64,000 nt of DNA. Source: Takakia lepidozioides (Eukaryota; Plantae; Bryophyta). The DNA lies in assembly GCA_030704615.1 (NCBI GenBank), contig CM060734.1, forward strand, positions 48,422,001 to 48,486,000, written 5' to 3'. The notes under the pieces were generated by a model. It saw only the letters and a program-made list of their open reading frames with translations. It had not been told where the DNA came from and ran no database searches. The translations under genes were made by a program, and so were the position numbers. Positions 1 to 12,800 of this stretch are shown here, piece by piece. Position 1 is the stretch's first letter, and every line of letters starts with the position of its first letter.

Positions 1-300
1 TCCCTAGAAATAACCATTTACTTCGTTAAATTCACATACTGTAACGACCGCTACCCAGCCCCCTCCACGCTAGAGAAACGACAAAAATATGCCCCCCTCA
101 TCCTCGCCATCCACCAGCGTGGGTGGCGCATCGGCCCCCTATCAGTTATCACAGCCGGTACTAGAGGTAGGATTCATATCGCCAGTATAAACGCGCTACA
201 TGACAATCTTAAAATCCCTATCCCCCCGATCCAATGCTTTAAAGCCATCCACCTCACTGCACTCCGCTCCCTCACTGCCATCATCACCAATAAGTGACAA
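1..300 (+). mobile_element. 3' end of a retroelement ORF with a restriction-like endonuclease (RLE) domain (Dualen/RandI- or Chlamys-like), decayed
   Basis: Frame 1 reads ITIYFVKFTYCNDRYP...KRQKYAPLILAIHQRGWRIGPLSVITAGTRGRIH, resembling the C-terminal RLE of green-lineage retroelements; frameshifted near 240. Confidence 0.45.
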
Positions 301-507
301 CTCGAGTCCAACCCCTCTGCGGCATCCCAGGGTACCCTGGGGTATCCCCGGGTACCCTAGGCACCGCTACCCTATTTACTACCTCCCCTGGTTACTCGGT
401 GTCCCCTGGACACATGTTCTCTTTATAGGGCCCACCCCCGAAAGGGGGCAGTAGCCGTAAGGCGAAGTGACTCTTAGTTACGCCGGCTTTGGCCGGAGTC
501 TTCTCTC

Positions 508-612
508 TCAAGGACGAGAACATGACTGAACACAAACAAGAGATCAGACTAGAGGTACAAGACTAGACAAGAAGTCAACGTCGGCGTGGCCGAATGCATG
601 GTGGGTAAACAT
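508..612 (-). mobile_element. Fragment of the Ty3/gypsy LTR (U5 end), same family as 33414-34158
   Basis: tcaaggacgagaacatgactgaacacaaac...gtgggtaaacat matches 33416-33520 with about 3 mismatches. Confidence 0.9.
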
Positions 613-3600
613 TATTTTGTCATCGGAGAAGAAAACTTGCTCCATGTCTGAAGGCTGTGAAAAAAACTCATCGGAGGGACGATGAGTAGGGTTGAGCCTA
701 TCTGCATTGACGCGCATGAAACCACAATCATCTTGCACTAGTGTTGCGGAGGGCCCCACAAGATGTGGCTGGAACCACCTTCCCTTGAAGAGAAGAGGCC
801 GGTACCTTGTATACTGAAGTTGGAGTATGTTCTCAAGCTCTCTAATGTACTCAAGTTTGCTCATAGCAGGTCGTGTATCTCCCTTGCCCCACACGGAGTC
901 TTGCCAATATGTGGCACACAAGCTAGAATCAAAGGTTGTTTTGCGCTTCATGTCAAGAGCACGAATGTGAAAATGACGACCGTGAACCCAAACCGCCGTG
1001 TATGAGGTCGCGAATTGAGAGGGGCCCCTTGCAATGTCTTGCACCAAATCTGAAACCACCTCTCATTGAGCAACGGCGTCATAAACTGAAGTCCAAAGCC
1101 ACTGTTGGAATGAACTTAGAGGCTGCAATTCCATGGGCAAATTTTGTGAAGGAACATTCCGACGGCCCGCTCCTCGTCATGGGCGTCTAGTAACCGGCCT
1201 TGGATGGTTCCGCCTCCATGCAAGCATCTCCTCCTCTCGTTGCTGAACAAGATTATTGTATCTTGCCTCCAACTCATGTATGGATGGGGTGTTCTTCAGT
1301 ATGAAGTCATGCGCTTGCTCAATCACCAAGGTCAGCAATTTTACCCTCTTCGATTTTTTGGGCAAAACGATGTCTTTGGTTCGTGCATCCTCCTCTTCCT
1401 TCCACATCCGAGGGGATTCCTCATCCACCCTTGCCATGTACTCCGTGCAATAGAACATAGCTTCTTGCAACGTATACCTCTCCGCCATGCTACCCTCCGG
1501 GTGCGTCATTTATCTTACAAATCCTTTCAAAGTCTTCATATAACGCTCAAGGAAGTACATCCACCGAGAATGAATGGGGCCGGCAATCGAAGCCTCTTCC
1601 ACTAAGTGCACTTGGATGTCAAAGAAGGAGGGAGGAAGGTGCATCTCCAACATACACATTACCTCCGCCGCCTCTTTCTTCATGCGTGGAAAATCTGCTT
1701 CTTCCAACTTTTTGGAGCAAATCCACCGGAACAAGCCTCCCAATCTATAGATTGTCTCACGAACCTCGGGAGTCCCACGTACTGCAATGGGCAAGATGTC
1801 TTGCAATAGATTGTGGTAGTCATGAGACTTCAAACCATGGACCCCGTCTTCTTCGCTGAACTTCGTACGGAGGGATGACCCATAATCAGTTAGTGTTCGG
1901 ACAACACTTATGGTGTCTATCACTTTCTTGTATTCCTCCTTTGTCCATTGTCAAGGTGCGCGCCTATACTTCCACCGTACAACACCCTTTGGGTCCACAC
2001 CATTTTGTTCGGCCCATAGATGGCGCATGCGACCCTGCTCCTCAAGCTCCTTTCTAACACCGAGAGAATCTCCTTTTGCAGCCACTCCTTTCTTTGCCGG
2101 CGTGCCATGAAGAACCCGAAAAAGGGACGAGCAGACATTCTTCTCAATATGCAGGGGATCTAGAAGATGGTGAATCTTCAGGTTCTACATATATCCCCAC
2201 CCACAAAGACTTACACAAATTTTTTTACGTGAAAGTGACAATGCAACGCATACCAAATGTGCAATATCACATGCATGCATAGGGATATTGACGGTGTTTT
2301 TGTGGAATATATACCGCCCAATATGGCAACTCGTAGAAGATTGAAAGTCGTTTCATGTCGGGCACGTCCACTTCACCGTCCGTGCCCACATGGGCCTCCT
2401 TCCATCGGTCCTCCCAAAACTGCCCGGACGGTGTCATAGGGGGGGGGGACGTACTTCCTCTTTGCCATCAAACAAGTGTTTCTCTCTTCTTCTCCATCGA
2501 TGGCTCATAGGAAGAAATTTGCGGTAGTTGGGATACACCATCTTGTGAAGATGGCGGGAGCTATGTGCATCAAGATCATCGCCACAATGCAAGCATGCAT
2601 GGTACCCTTTGGTGCTTAGCCCCGAGCAAACAGTTAGTCCTGTACTACACATCCCGCCGCATTAGCAAAAACAAAAGTTGTCATGTGCATAGCCCATAAT
2701 GCCATCTACCCCACTACGGTGCACAAGACTGTCGCCGCTACTTCAATCAATCCCAATCCTCATCCTCATCCGGCATTGACAAGTGAATGTACGCGGGTTG
2801 TTCATGGGGAACATAATATACCTGGATAATCATGCATTGTCCAAAGCAAGATGTCTCTCATCCGAAAAGATTGTCCGGCCATAGGGTCAAGTGAATCATC
2901 CAATGTCGGGACCCCCCTCCATAGCTCTTTAAGTTCATCAACAAGAGGTCGCAAGTACGTGTGTCCATGTTTGCCACTTGTTTTTTCCCTTTGAGACATT
3001 CACATCATTGTTTCAATGCTCCACCAATATGCAGATTATACTACAAAATGAATTACACGTCTTACTTCATGATTATGTCACTCATCAATCTTGCATCCGA
3101 ATTGCGTCAAAGATCAGAAGTTTAATGTAAAGTTGAAGGCAATAATAAACATGAAATGAGTACACTCGTCTGGCACAATGGCAGCCAACATGATATGACC
3201 TTTTTTAATTGAAAGATACGGAGGGATGTTGTAATTCACCATGGTCACCGGCCAAGTGGAATGACTACATGACTGGACAGAGAATGGGTTGACCCCATCC
3301 GAGGAGAAGCCGAGGTGGACATGTCGTGGGTCCTCCAAGAGAAAAGGCCACATCTCTTTAATATGCCTCCATGCTTGTGAATCTTGTGGCCCGCACACCT
3401 TTCCCGGGGGGCTCCGATGCGAGGCGTGGCTCTCATGAGTCTGGCCAATTCGGGGCTTTGGTACTGTGCTATCAATCGCGGGATGATCGGAAAGTAATGC
3501 ATTTTCTAGGATGAAATACCCCACGCCCCCCACATGTAATCATCCCATTAGCACACATAATACAACACCCTTATGTCTTTCCCTTTATGCAGCCTCTCCC

Positions 3601-4421
3601 TCATTTGGGTGTGAATGGTCAAAACCAAACGTCGCTCCTTCCACTCCTCACTCATTCCTTCCAAAACCACAATCAGATCTTGCATGAGTACTACTCTCTA
3701 ATAATCTCCATGCGAGGAGGAATGACGCTTATACCTTGCGTGGTACTTTTTTACCTTGGACATCATCCCGATATCGGTCTTTCTTGCACTTTGGGCACTT
3801 GGTGAGATGCGAATCCTCTCCGTAGTATAGGGTTTTATCACATGGACATGCATGAAAAATCTTATAGCCCATCCCCACAGAGTCCAAGACTTCGCGCGCC
3901 TCTTTCCGCGACCGTGGCATCTTGGGTTTCAAGTGTGGAGCAAGGATATAGTCTGCAATAGTTCGCATTATGGCAGACATCCCAACATTACTTATGCCAA
4001 ATCGAATTTGAAGATTGAGCAAAAGTAAGATTGTTGAAAGTCGACTCACTTTTGCCCCTTCGTATAAGGGAGTTCTCGCCTCCCTCTCCATGTCATTTGA
4101 GGGGGCCATTTCAGGATCATCGATTGGCCGGGTTCCCTTTTCATGGGATGCATCAGCGCCCACATGATGCATTAAGAGATCCTCCATGGCTTGCACATCC
4201 TCCTGGTTAATTCCATGCTCATTGTTGTTGTCACTGTCACTATCACTGTCATCGTCATCATCGTCCGGTACCGTGGGGGCGGCGTCTCGCCCACGGCTCC
4301 CGCCTGATGTACTTGGGTTGTTTTCGGATGGGGTGCCAAGAGAAAAGACCGGGAAGGGATGGACAAAGTCCTGATACGAACAAATGAACATATGGACATA
4401 TATTATAATGTGTCCTTGCAA
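613..4421 (-). pseudogene. CACTA TnpD/Tnp2 transposase (Transposase_21, DUF4218- and DUF4216-like regions), multi-exon, frameshifted
   Basis: Motifs IFHACPCDKTLY..CPKC, YFPIIPRL, LGFSSDGVNPF..HSTWPV..YNIPP, YLRPLVDELKELW, LLWTMHDYPG, GLKSHDYH, FFDIQVHL, RWMYFLER, HPEGSMAERY, LFKGRWF. Confidence 0.92.
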
Positions 4422-5440
4422 CCATACACTTCATTATAAGCGAAATGCAAACAACAACCTTCAATGTGTGTGTGCATCAAATATGTCATTCAATAATTAC
4501 ATGTATGTGCGCAACGTACACGCATGCAAAGTTTCAAACCCAAACAAAATCATTTGCCCCCCCAATGACGCATTCACCCTATCAACCAATTTTTGTTTAT
4601 TAATGTGAAAGAAAATCCTCTCATGCCATTGCACCCAACAAACGGATGTGGCTCAAGCTTCATTTTTTCCTACATGTGCTTAAATATGTGTGCAAAACGT
4701 GTACAAAGATCCAGTAGACTAAAAAAATAAAAAAATAAAAAAAATTGCCTCCCCAACGACGCACTCACCCTTGCAATTTTGAATTAAAATCGAATTTAAA
4801 TTAACTTAAAATAAATATTTGCATTTAGAAATATATATGATTGCGGTTTTGAGGGGCATAATGATTTTATTTTTAGCTCTTTTTTGTTATGTGACATCGG
4901 GCTTTGCACCACTACATCCATGCAAAAAATGGGACAAAAAAAAAATGGAAAAAAAATAAGTGTGTTTCTATGGTCAATTTTGCATAACTCTCTATGAAGA
5001 GTGCAAGAAGTTGAAGATAACTCAACTTTGGAGTGCAAATGAGAGAACTAAATCTGGTTATGGGTCCAAATGACTTTTGTTTACTCCCAAATTTTGCACG
5101 CACATTGCATATGCTATCATTAAGCATATGGCTTGAAAATGGAAAAAAAAAAAATCATCTGCAGGCGAAACACAATTTCCGTCTCTATGACACGTAGCTG
5201 CATTCAACACTAGAATGACCCATTGAATCAACTTGGTTCAAGCTCATATTTGGTCCACATGTGTATAAGTATGTTTAGATGATATATGCAAAGTTGCAAT
5301 CCACGAGCAACAAGAAAAAAATTTACATCAATCGATTAATCGGATGTATACAAAGTACATCATGAGAATATCTACAATGCCCCTCTACGCGATCACTGTC
5401 TCAAAGGAACCCTATTTCTATCATACACATCCCACTCACA

Positions 5441-6531
5441 CTATAATCGGAGGTCCCAATCATCCCGGGAGAACTCGTATGATGCAAATAGTTCGTTGCC
5501 AGCCCTAATAGTCCTACTAGCACATGTCATCACAAACATGTGCATCCCCTCACAGTATACTGACGTATGACCACAAAAGCTCTCATGCCCATCGCTTCGC
5601 TCGTCCCATACTACATTGGTTCTCCTAGGATGACCAAAAGAACTATTGACCAGCCTAGCAACATTGCCGAAGATGTCGGGGTCACCATCACAAAATCTGA
5701 TCTCAATGGGAAACAACCCCCGTCTACGTACATCCTGTCCGTTGACACACAAAATGTAGGGTAGGATGTATGGGGCTTCGAGGCGTAATGTACGGAACTC
5801 CGCGGAGGTGTAGTAGGGACCGTAGTAGGGAAACAAGTCCACCATGTTGTTTCTCCGAGGAGGAACCACAATATCATTGACCGTGAATAAACCCCGACCC
5901 ATAGCAAGGTCTGTAGAGGCTCTCACAACATACCGTCTCCCCCAATACTCGAACTCCACATTTTCTTAGATGGGGGTGGGAGGGTCGAGATGATTCCCCC
6001 AACAACGAGGCTGGACGGTCCTCAGTAACATAGTCATATGCGCTTCCCATCGGGGGCGAGGATCCGGCTCAGGCCGCCCAAGCCGAAGGGGAGGAAACCT
6101 AGGGCGAAGCCGACCCCTCCTAGGGGTTCGAGGGGCACATACACGTGGAGGTGGTACTGCTGGCGGAGGAGATGAAAGTGGAGGTGGTTGAGGATGTAAT
6201 GTCGAAGGTGCAGCCGAGGGTACAACGTCCGGATTAGGTACAACCAGAGGTGGATCAAGCAAAGAAACAGACGGGGGGGGGGGGGGGGCACAATCAGGGG
6301 GACCGCCTGAGGAAACTGGGGGGGGGGGGGGGGGGGGTTGGGCCTGCTCGTCGCCGGCCATAACGCCTACGACACCTACGATACCGCTCGACCCTACGCA
6401 TCTCATCTACGTGCTGCTGGGGGAACCAACTGGTCACATCGGGCACATGCTCTTGCACAAATTCTGCAAGTATACCGGCGCGAAATGCCTCCTGTGCAAT
6501 GTGATTGCGAGCTTGGGCATCAAGTCGTGGC
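5441..6531 (-). pseudogene. SET-domain (lysine methyltransferase-like) ORF with a proline-rich N-terminus, inside the CACTA
   Basis: GRGLFT...LFPYYGPY...GNVARLVNSS...NV...ASRTIRAGNELFASY match SET motifs (GxGLF, YxG, RFINHS, GEEL..Y). One in-frame stop at 5966-5968, and frameshifts in poly-G runs. Confidence 0.75.
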
Positions 6532-6665
6532 TGCAATGTGTGTAGTGAACGACGCATCAATACTTATGTCGTAATTTTGATTCATGTATGCTTACCAATC
6601 ATACTATATTATTAGATAACCTAAATGTACCTTAATAAATGTTAATGAGAGGGTGGGAAAAACAC

Positions 6666-6848
6666 TCACCTTTGCCGCAACGCAATCTTGTTCTTCTTGT
6701 AATGTTTTTCGACAACATGCGGTCGCCGCCTCGGTGGTCTGGTGCCGCCCGGCGGTATCCGTTCCCAACACTTAGTGCACCAACACTCAATCCTGTCGGG
6801 GGGGTCAAAGGTGGACGTGGTTGGACGGGGTGGCCCGCAAGGGGGCAA
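6666..6848 (-). CDS. Exon with a transposase-associated-type Cys/His motif (ECWCTKC...VEKH), ending at a GTGAGT donor near 6670
   Basis: ORF translation; the minus strand reads ...CGGCAAAG|GTGAGT. Confidence 0.5.
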   Translation of the reverse strand: MPPCGPPRPTTSTFDPPDRIECWCTKCWERIPPGGTRPPRRRPHVVEKHYKKNKIALRQR

Positions 6849-7009
6849 TCCGCGGCGCGCCCGACTCGATCCCGGAGTGTCAACATCCTCCGCATCACCT
6901 GAAATTTGGCCCCGGTCCCTTCTACGATTGTGCCCGGCAGCCTGTATTGGATCAGGTGCAATGGGTGGCTCCTCGCCACGAAAAATGGTCGCTCTAGGGC
7001 CACAATCGA

Positions 7010-7551
7010 TGTGGTACTACCTCCCCATCCTTGAGGGAGACGGGTCGATGTTTCCTCACCATCGCATCCTCATTAACACACACCACCAGCACTTTCATTT
7101 CTCAAAAACCGTTGGCAAAAAAACCCTATGCCTCAGCCTCGGGGCTTTCAAAATTGGTAACCAAAGGCGGAGCATCCCTATGGTGCTAGAGCCCAAGACA
7201 ATAAATCCTTCCTCTCGTTCTATCTTTAGGATGCTCACACTATGGAAAAATTTGTTGAGACCCAGTGCTTTGCGATTATCAGATTGAACCACATTTTGGG
7301 TATGTGAAAACCTGACTTAGAGAGTGTAGTGTCCAAAGCCATGTCTGTTACCAAAAAATTGTCCGATGAAATGAATTAGGAAGAAAACTTCCCTGAAACT
7401 GTTTCCAGTCTGTGACATGGGGGAGGACATCATGGATGCGCTCAAGGGTCTATCCCACTCTTGGCACCAGACCTAAATTTAAAGTCAGGGCAGGAAGACT
7501 ACCTTTGAACAGTAAACAGAAGCAGAGAGGAAAGGGAAAGTGCAATTTCCC
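7010..7551 (+). mobile_element. LINE-like ORF2 fragment inserted in the CACTA
   Basis: 7312-7551 is the diverged reverse complement of ~9396-9632, which runs into a zf-RVT-like CPLCGQSEDNVHFLIHC. Confidence 0.55.
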
Positions 7552-8269
7552 TGACGTACCTCTGCTGTTGCGGGTGCTTGAAGCGAGCTGGCGCGGTGAG
7601 CTGTTGTGGTGCTATCGCGGCTGCCAGCGGCGCGGGTCCCCGCCGCTGCAGGGCGTCTCGCCCCGCTCACCACGGCTCTCTCTCTCTTCAGCTCGTTAGG
7701 TCGCGCCTCTGCGCGGCGTTCCTACCACACAGGGGAGAGAGACATCAGCCCGTGCTTAGAACAAGAAAGAAAGACAGAAAGTGGGGGAGGAGGCGGTGCT
7801 TACCTTGGGCATTGGAGCGGCGTTGGGGCAAACTCCTTGGGGCCTTGCGACCATCTCGGGCTCGCAGCACGTGCGTTTCTCCTCCACCCTAAACCCTACT
7901 CTCTGAACTGACCTCTCTCCCAAAGAACAACGAAAACGGGAGGGGAAAGAGATGCTTGAAGCACTTAGGGAAAAAAAAGGGCGCACGCCGGCTTGTCGCA
8001 GCCTACGCCCCGACCTTTTTTGAAATGTAAAAAATGAGATTGAGAAGGCTGGCCGTCGTTTTTTGCGACCCCCGGCCCCATAAATAAAAAACACGTCGCC
8101 CCCAGCGACGGCTGTCCGTCGAGGGGTGCGACCCCCAGGTAAACAAAAACTCGTCGTCCAATGCGACGCCGGGTGTCCGCAGGAGAGGCGACGGCCGACC
8201 TTTCTGGATTTAGGGTTTAGGGCCTTTTGAGTTTCTTATTTTTATTTTATTTATTTTTATTCATATGGT

Positions 8270-9818
8270 ACTAGGTTAGGGTGTTTGTTTTTCTTTATGG
8301 TGCTGGGTTTTGGATTGGCGGTTTTGGTTGTGGGTCTTGGGGGGGTTAAAAGGATAAACGGTCAAGGTCAAGACTTGCGGGTCTAGATTCAGATCCTTGA
8401 GAATCTCTTTTACTCTCTTCTCCCAGGGCTCACCCTGTTTGACAGGGCGAAGGGGCTGGGCTTTTGGCTTAGCCTCGACTTTTTCAAAGTTAGTAAACAG
8501 AGGTACATGCACAATTCCCTTGATAGATTTGAAGAGAGCGTCTTGGTGAGAGAACCCCGGACAGTGTCTCAAAAAATGAATAATGTCTTCAGGTTGCCCC
8601 AGACATGGTTGGACACTACATCCTCTAAGTCAGATTTATCCAGCAGGGTGAAGACTTGCGGTTCCAGGTCCAGGTCTTTGAGAATCTCTTCTACTGTTTT
8701 CTACCAGGACTTAGCCTGTTTGACAGGTCAGTGGGCGGTCCTGTTTCCAAGATATAGAGTCGATTAACTTAAGATATCTGGTGTTGGACATATGTTGCAG
8801 CTGAACCCACCATCTGACCTTGAATTTATCTCGTCGGGAGCTTAAAAGAGAGCAGCACAGAAGAGAGGGAGAGAGAGGGAGAGGGAGACATCAGGGGGCA
8901 ACAAAGAAAAGAAAAGAAGGGGGGGGGGGGGAGTGACTGAGCAGCTGCTGCTGCTCAGTCACCCCCCCCCCCACATCCTTCGTCGGCTACAACTCTTTTG
9001 AAAGGTTTGCCATTATGGGGGTCGACTTCCGATCCACAGAGTTTTCTGTTTTTTTTGTTGCCCCTCTCTTGGGGAAACAAAAGGGACAGATCCTACCTCT
9101 GTCAGGGGCTGACGTTGGTAGTAAGACTTACCTTCACATATAGAATTAATCCGGGTTTTCCAGATATCCTCTACAAATCCCTTCACACAAGCATCAATCT
9201 GTTGTGTGTGAGATGCCCAAAAACTAGGCCTCAGAAGGGGCTGGGCTTTTGGCTCAGCCTCGACTTTTTCAAAGTTAGTAAACAGAGGTACATGCACAAT
9301 TCCCTTGATAGATTTGAAGAGAGCGTCTCTTTGGTGAGAGAACCCCGGACAGTGTATCAGAAAATGAACATTGTCTTCAGATTGCCCACACAACGGGCAA
9401 TTGCACTCTCCCTTTCCTCTCTGCTTCTGTTTGTTGTTCAAAGGTAGGCTTCCTGCCTGAGTTTAAATTTCAGTCTAGTGCCGAGAGTGGGTAGACCCTT
9501 GATGTCATCCAAGATGTCCTCCCCCATGTCACTGACTGGAAACAAGTTCAGGGAAGTTTTTTGCCTAACTTCATTTTCATCAGACAATCTCATGGCAACA
9601 GACATGGTTGGACACTACAGCCTCTAAGTCAGATTTATCCAGCAGGGTGAAGACTTGCGGTTCCAGGTCTAGGTCCTTGAGAATCTCTTCTACTGTCTTC
9701 TGCCAGGACTTAGCCTGTTTGACAGGTCGGTGGGCGGTCCTGTTTCCAAGATATAGAGTCGATTAACTTAGGATATCTGGTGTTGGACATATGCTGCAGC
9801 TGACCCACCATCTGACCT
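8270..9818 (-). mobile_element. Rearranged, duplicated LINE 3' fragments (zf-RVT region)
   Basis: ORF 9013-9441 contains CPLC..E...HFL..C and IWK.R. 8450-8600 duplicates ~9235-9385, and 8600-8820 duplicates ~9600-9818. Confidence 0.65.
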
Positions 9819-12800
9819 CCCCGCCCCCCCCAACCCATTTTTTTTTCATTGTTGCCCCCTCTCTCCCTCTGTCTCCCTCCTCAGAACCGGCCGGTTGCAT
9901 CAATGTTTTTCATGATTTTCCATCTATACCAGATGGACTCTAAAAGGTGTTTTCACCCGACTTGTAAAGGTCTTCTATCCATACCGGAAGAATCACCTGG
10001 GTGGACACTAAAGTACCTTTTAAAAGACTTATAATTTTTCATTCCTCTTTTATTGACTTTCATCTATATCAGATGGGTCACCAGAGAATGAGGAATTACC
10101 TCCATAAGGGTTATGACACTGGCATCCTATCTATAATTTTTCCATCCATGCCGGATGAAAAATACCAGGATGAATTCGTTTTATTTCCCCTTTTACGCTT
10201 TTTTTCCGTAGTGGATGAGGCTTTCTCTTAAGGGATGACGAATTACCTGTTAGGATGAAAAACCGCTACCCTAGATGATTGATACTAATTATCATCCTGC
10301 TGATGGACCATCCAAACAAATGAACCTATTTATTTTTTCATCTGGACCAGATGAAAAAATCAGCTTATGATGGCCATGGAGATTTTTCTAATTACCCTTA
10401 ATTATTGCTAGTTAAGGAGTGAAACCCTAACTCCTACCCTATAAACCTAGCTAACGGATGACATCCGTCAGTAAGAGAAAGGGTATCGATTATTCATCCT
10501 ATGGATGAAAAATCGGGCTCTGCCCTAGGGTGTCTCTCCCGCTGTCAGCTGCATTTCTCGTGCTGCTGAGCTCGCGAGTTATGGCGTCTGAGCCCTGCTA
10601 CTACCCTGTCTGCTGCTTCATGCCGGACGAGCTCCTGGGGATGCACAATGGCGGCGTCTGGTCTCTTATCACAGGCGGGAGAACCTGTTGTGATGGCATC
10701 ACCCCTTTCCCTCCTCTGGCTTTTATGTTTTGCAGCGGCGCTTTGGTGGGGAAGTATATCGCTCCCTCTCCCTTCTTAGACATAGCATTTGTATGCTTCG
10801 CTTCTCCTTTGTTGTGCTGGAGGTGGCGTGTTGGTGGCGATGGCGCAGTGTTACCTTCCCCAATCGCTCAAGGTGTTTTTGGCGATTAGGGTTCCTTTTA
10901 CTTCATATCTTGTTCTCTTGTCTCTTGGGGTTCTTAATTGACATCGATAACAAGTGTAGGGGTCTGTGATTCACCTGGGGTTCCACAATCCTCACTAACC
11001 CATTGGTTTTTGTGGGGGCTTGTGATGGGACCAGGTGAGGATCCCTACCTACTTTGAATTCTCTTGAGCTTGCAGATGAGGATATGTGCAAAAGGAACTT
11101 GCTGCTGCCTGCAGCCCCGATTTCGGCCCGCTTGCTCCCGGTTTGACATGACAATGCTTGCTTTTGACTTATCTTTTTGCTGCTGCCGATGGAGCACTTT
11201 GGCCTGGCAGCCTTGTCTCATGCAGCACTGCATGTGAATCCTTGTCTTGAGTCTTTGACAGCTTTGCCTTGTGGATTTTTAGACTTGGTTCCCCTTCTTT
11301 TTGGCCTTAAAAGAGGATTGATGGTGTAAGGGACAAGTCATAAATGGTTGTTTTGCTATAAGGATGAGGAGCCCTGAGTTTTGTTAAAGAAGACAGCCTG
11401 ATAGGCAGTGACAGGCCGTTTTCAGACCTGATTTTGTTGTGGAATGGAGCATAGTGAGGTTCTATTTGCAAAACATGGCATTAGCCTCCTGTGATACAGT
11501 GACGGTAAGCTCTAAAGGACTCTGGCCTGCCATTTGAACAGCCACCTGATTTATCTTGGCCAAGTGGGCTTGGTCTTGGCCAGATCCATTTCTTTCATGC
11601 AAGAGTCCTATTCCTGAATATATACTGAAGGCTTTGCAAGATTACATTTGGCCAAATGTGAAGCTGTAATATGGCCTACCTTGCCCAAGAAGTGTACTTG
11701 GTGGCAGGCCATGTGAACACTCACTGAATGTTTGCAAGGCAGACTGACTTTGCATAATGCTTGTCTTGGATCACTCAAGGTACTTGTGTGTGCATATCTT
11801 GGATCTGATGCAAGATACTCTTATATGCCCATGATATATTGCATGGTGCTAACTATGGATGATGTAATCTGAGGCTGCAATCTGACTTATATTGTGCATA
11901 AGGGTCATACATGACATGAATATGATTATGAACATACCCGCTGTTTATCATGATGAATGGGTGGCGTCACTTGGTGTGTTATGACAAGACTGGAAATGGT
12001 AGATGGTGCCCAGTCATGGGGCTGTTTATGTCTTTAATTGACAATGACCCTAGTTGGTCTTGTCCATGTCTTGACATGACATGAATATCTTCCCACTCTC
12101 TCCCTCTCTTATTAACTTTTTCTACCCCCTCTTTCCCTCTGTGGTTTTTTTTTTGTGAGCAGCACGAAAGAGAGGGAAGATATTCATGTCATGTCAAGAC
12201 ATAGACAAGAAGACTTAGTAAAAGTCATTGTCAAGAAAAATGACATAGCAGCCTCATTACAAGGCATTAATCCCAAAAAATAGATCCTTAAATTACAAGG
12301 TATCCTTATATCATCATGTTAACACTTCCCCTCCATAAATAGTTCATCTTAAATAAAAGAGACTGGATTTCAAAGTTCTTGAATCATAGGGTGGGAGGGT
12401 GGGGTCTTCTAAAAAACAAACACATAGCATGAGCATGTAGGGTTCTGAAGAATATATGCACGTTTGCATACAGTCAATCAATCAAAGTCTGAACCAATTT
12501 ATTTAAAACATACTTAATTTTAAATAAGAGTTGTACGTGTTCCAGTGGCTTACAACAACCAAACAGAGGGCAAATGTTGTGATGATCATACAAAAAACCC
12601 GTAAGTCATTACCATGTCACATTCCCAATCTCTGGGGGGAGCTTAAGAATACATTTCGTAATAAAAAAAAAGCCCTTTAAAAATACTGGCTTGGTAATTC
12701 TTGGGTTCAAATAGCTTAAACAAGTATGTTGTAAGCTCAACAGGTCTTTGAGAAAACCATTCCAGCAGGCCTAAGAGTGAGAGCTTTGATGAAAACAATT

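Larger units (their letters stand above)
613..8230 (-). mobile_element. Decayed CACTA (En/Spm) DNA transposon, both termini not recognisable
   Basis: Tnp2-type transposase exons 613-4421, CxCxxC..H transposase-associated motif at 6666-6848, and short CGACG/CGTCG subterminal-like repeats at ~7980-8200. The right boundary is approximate. Confidence 0.8.
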
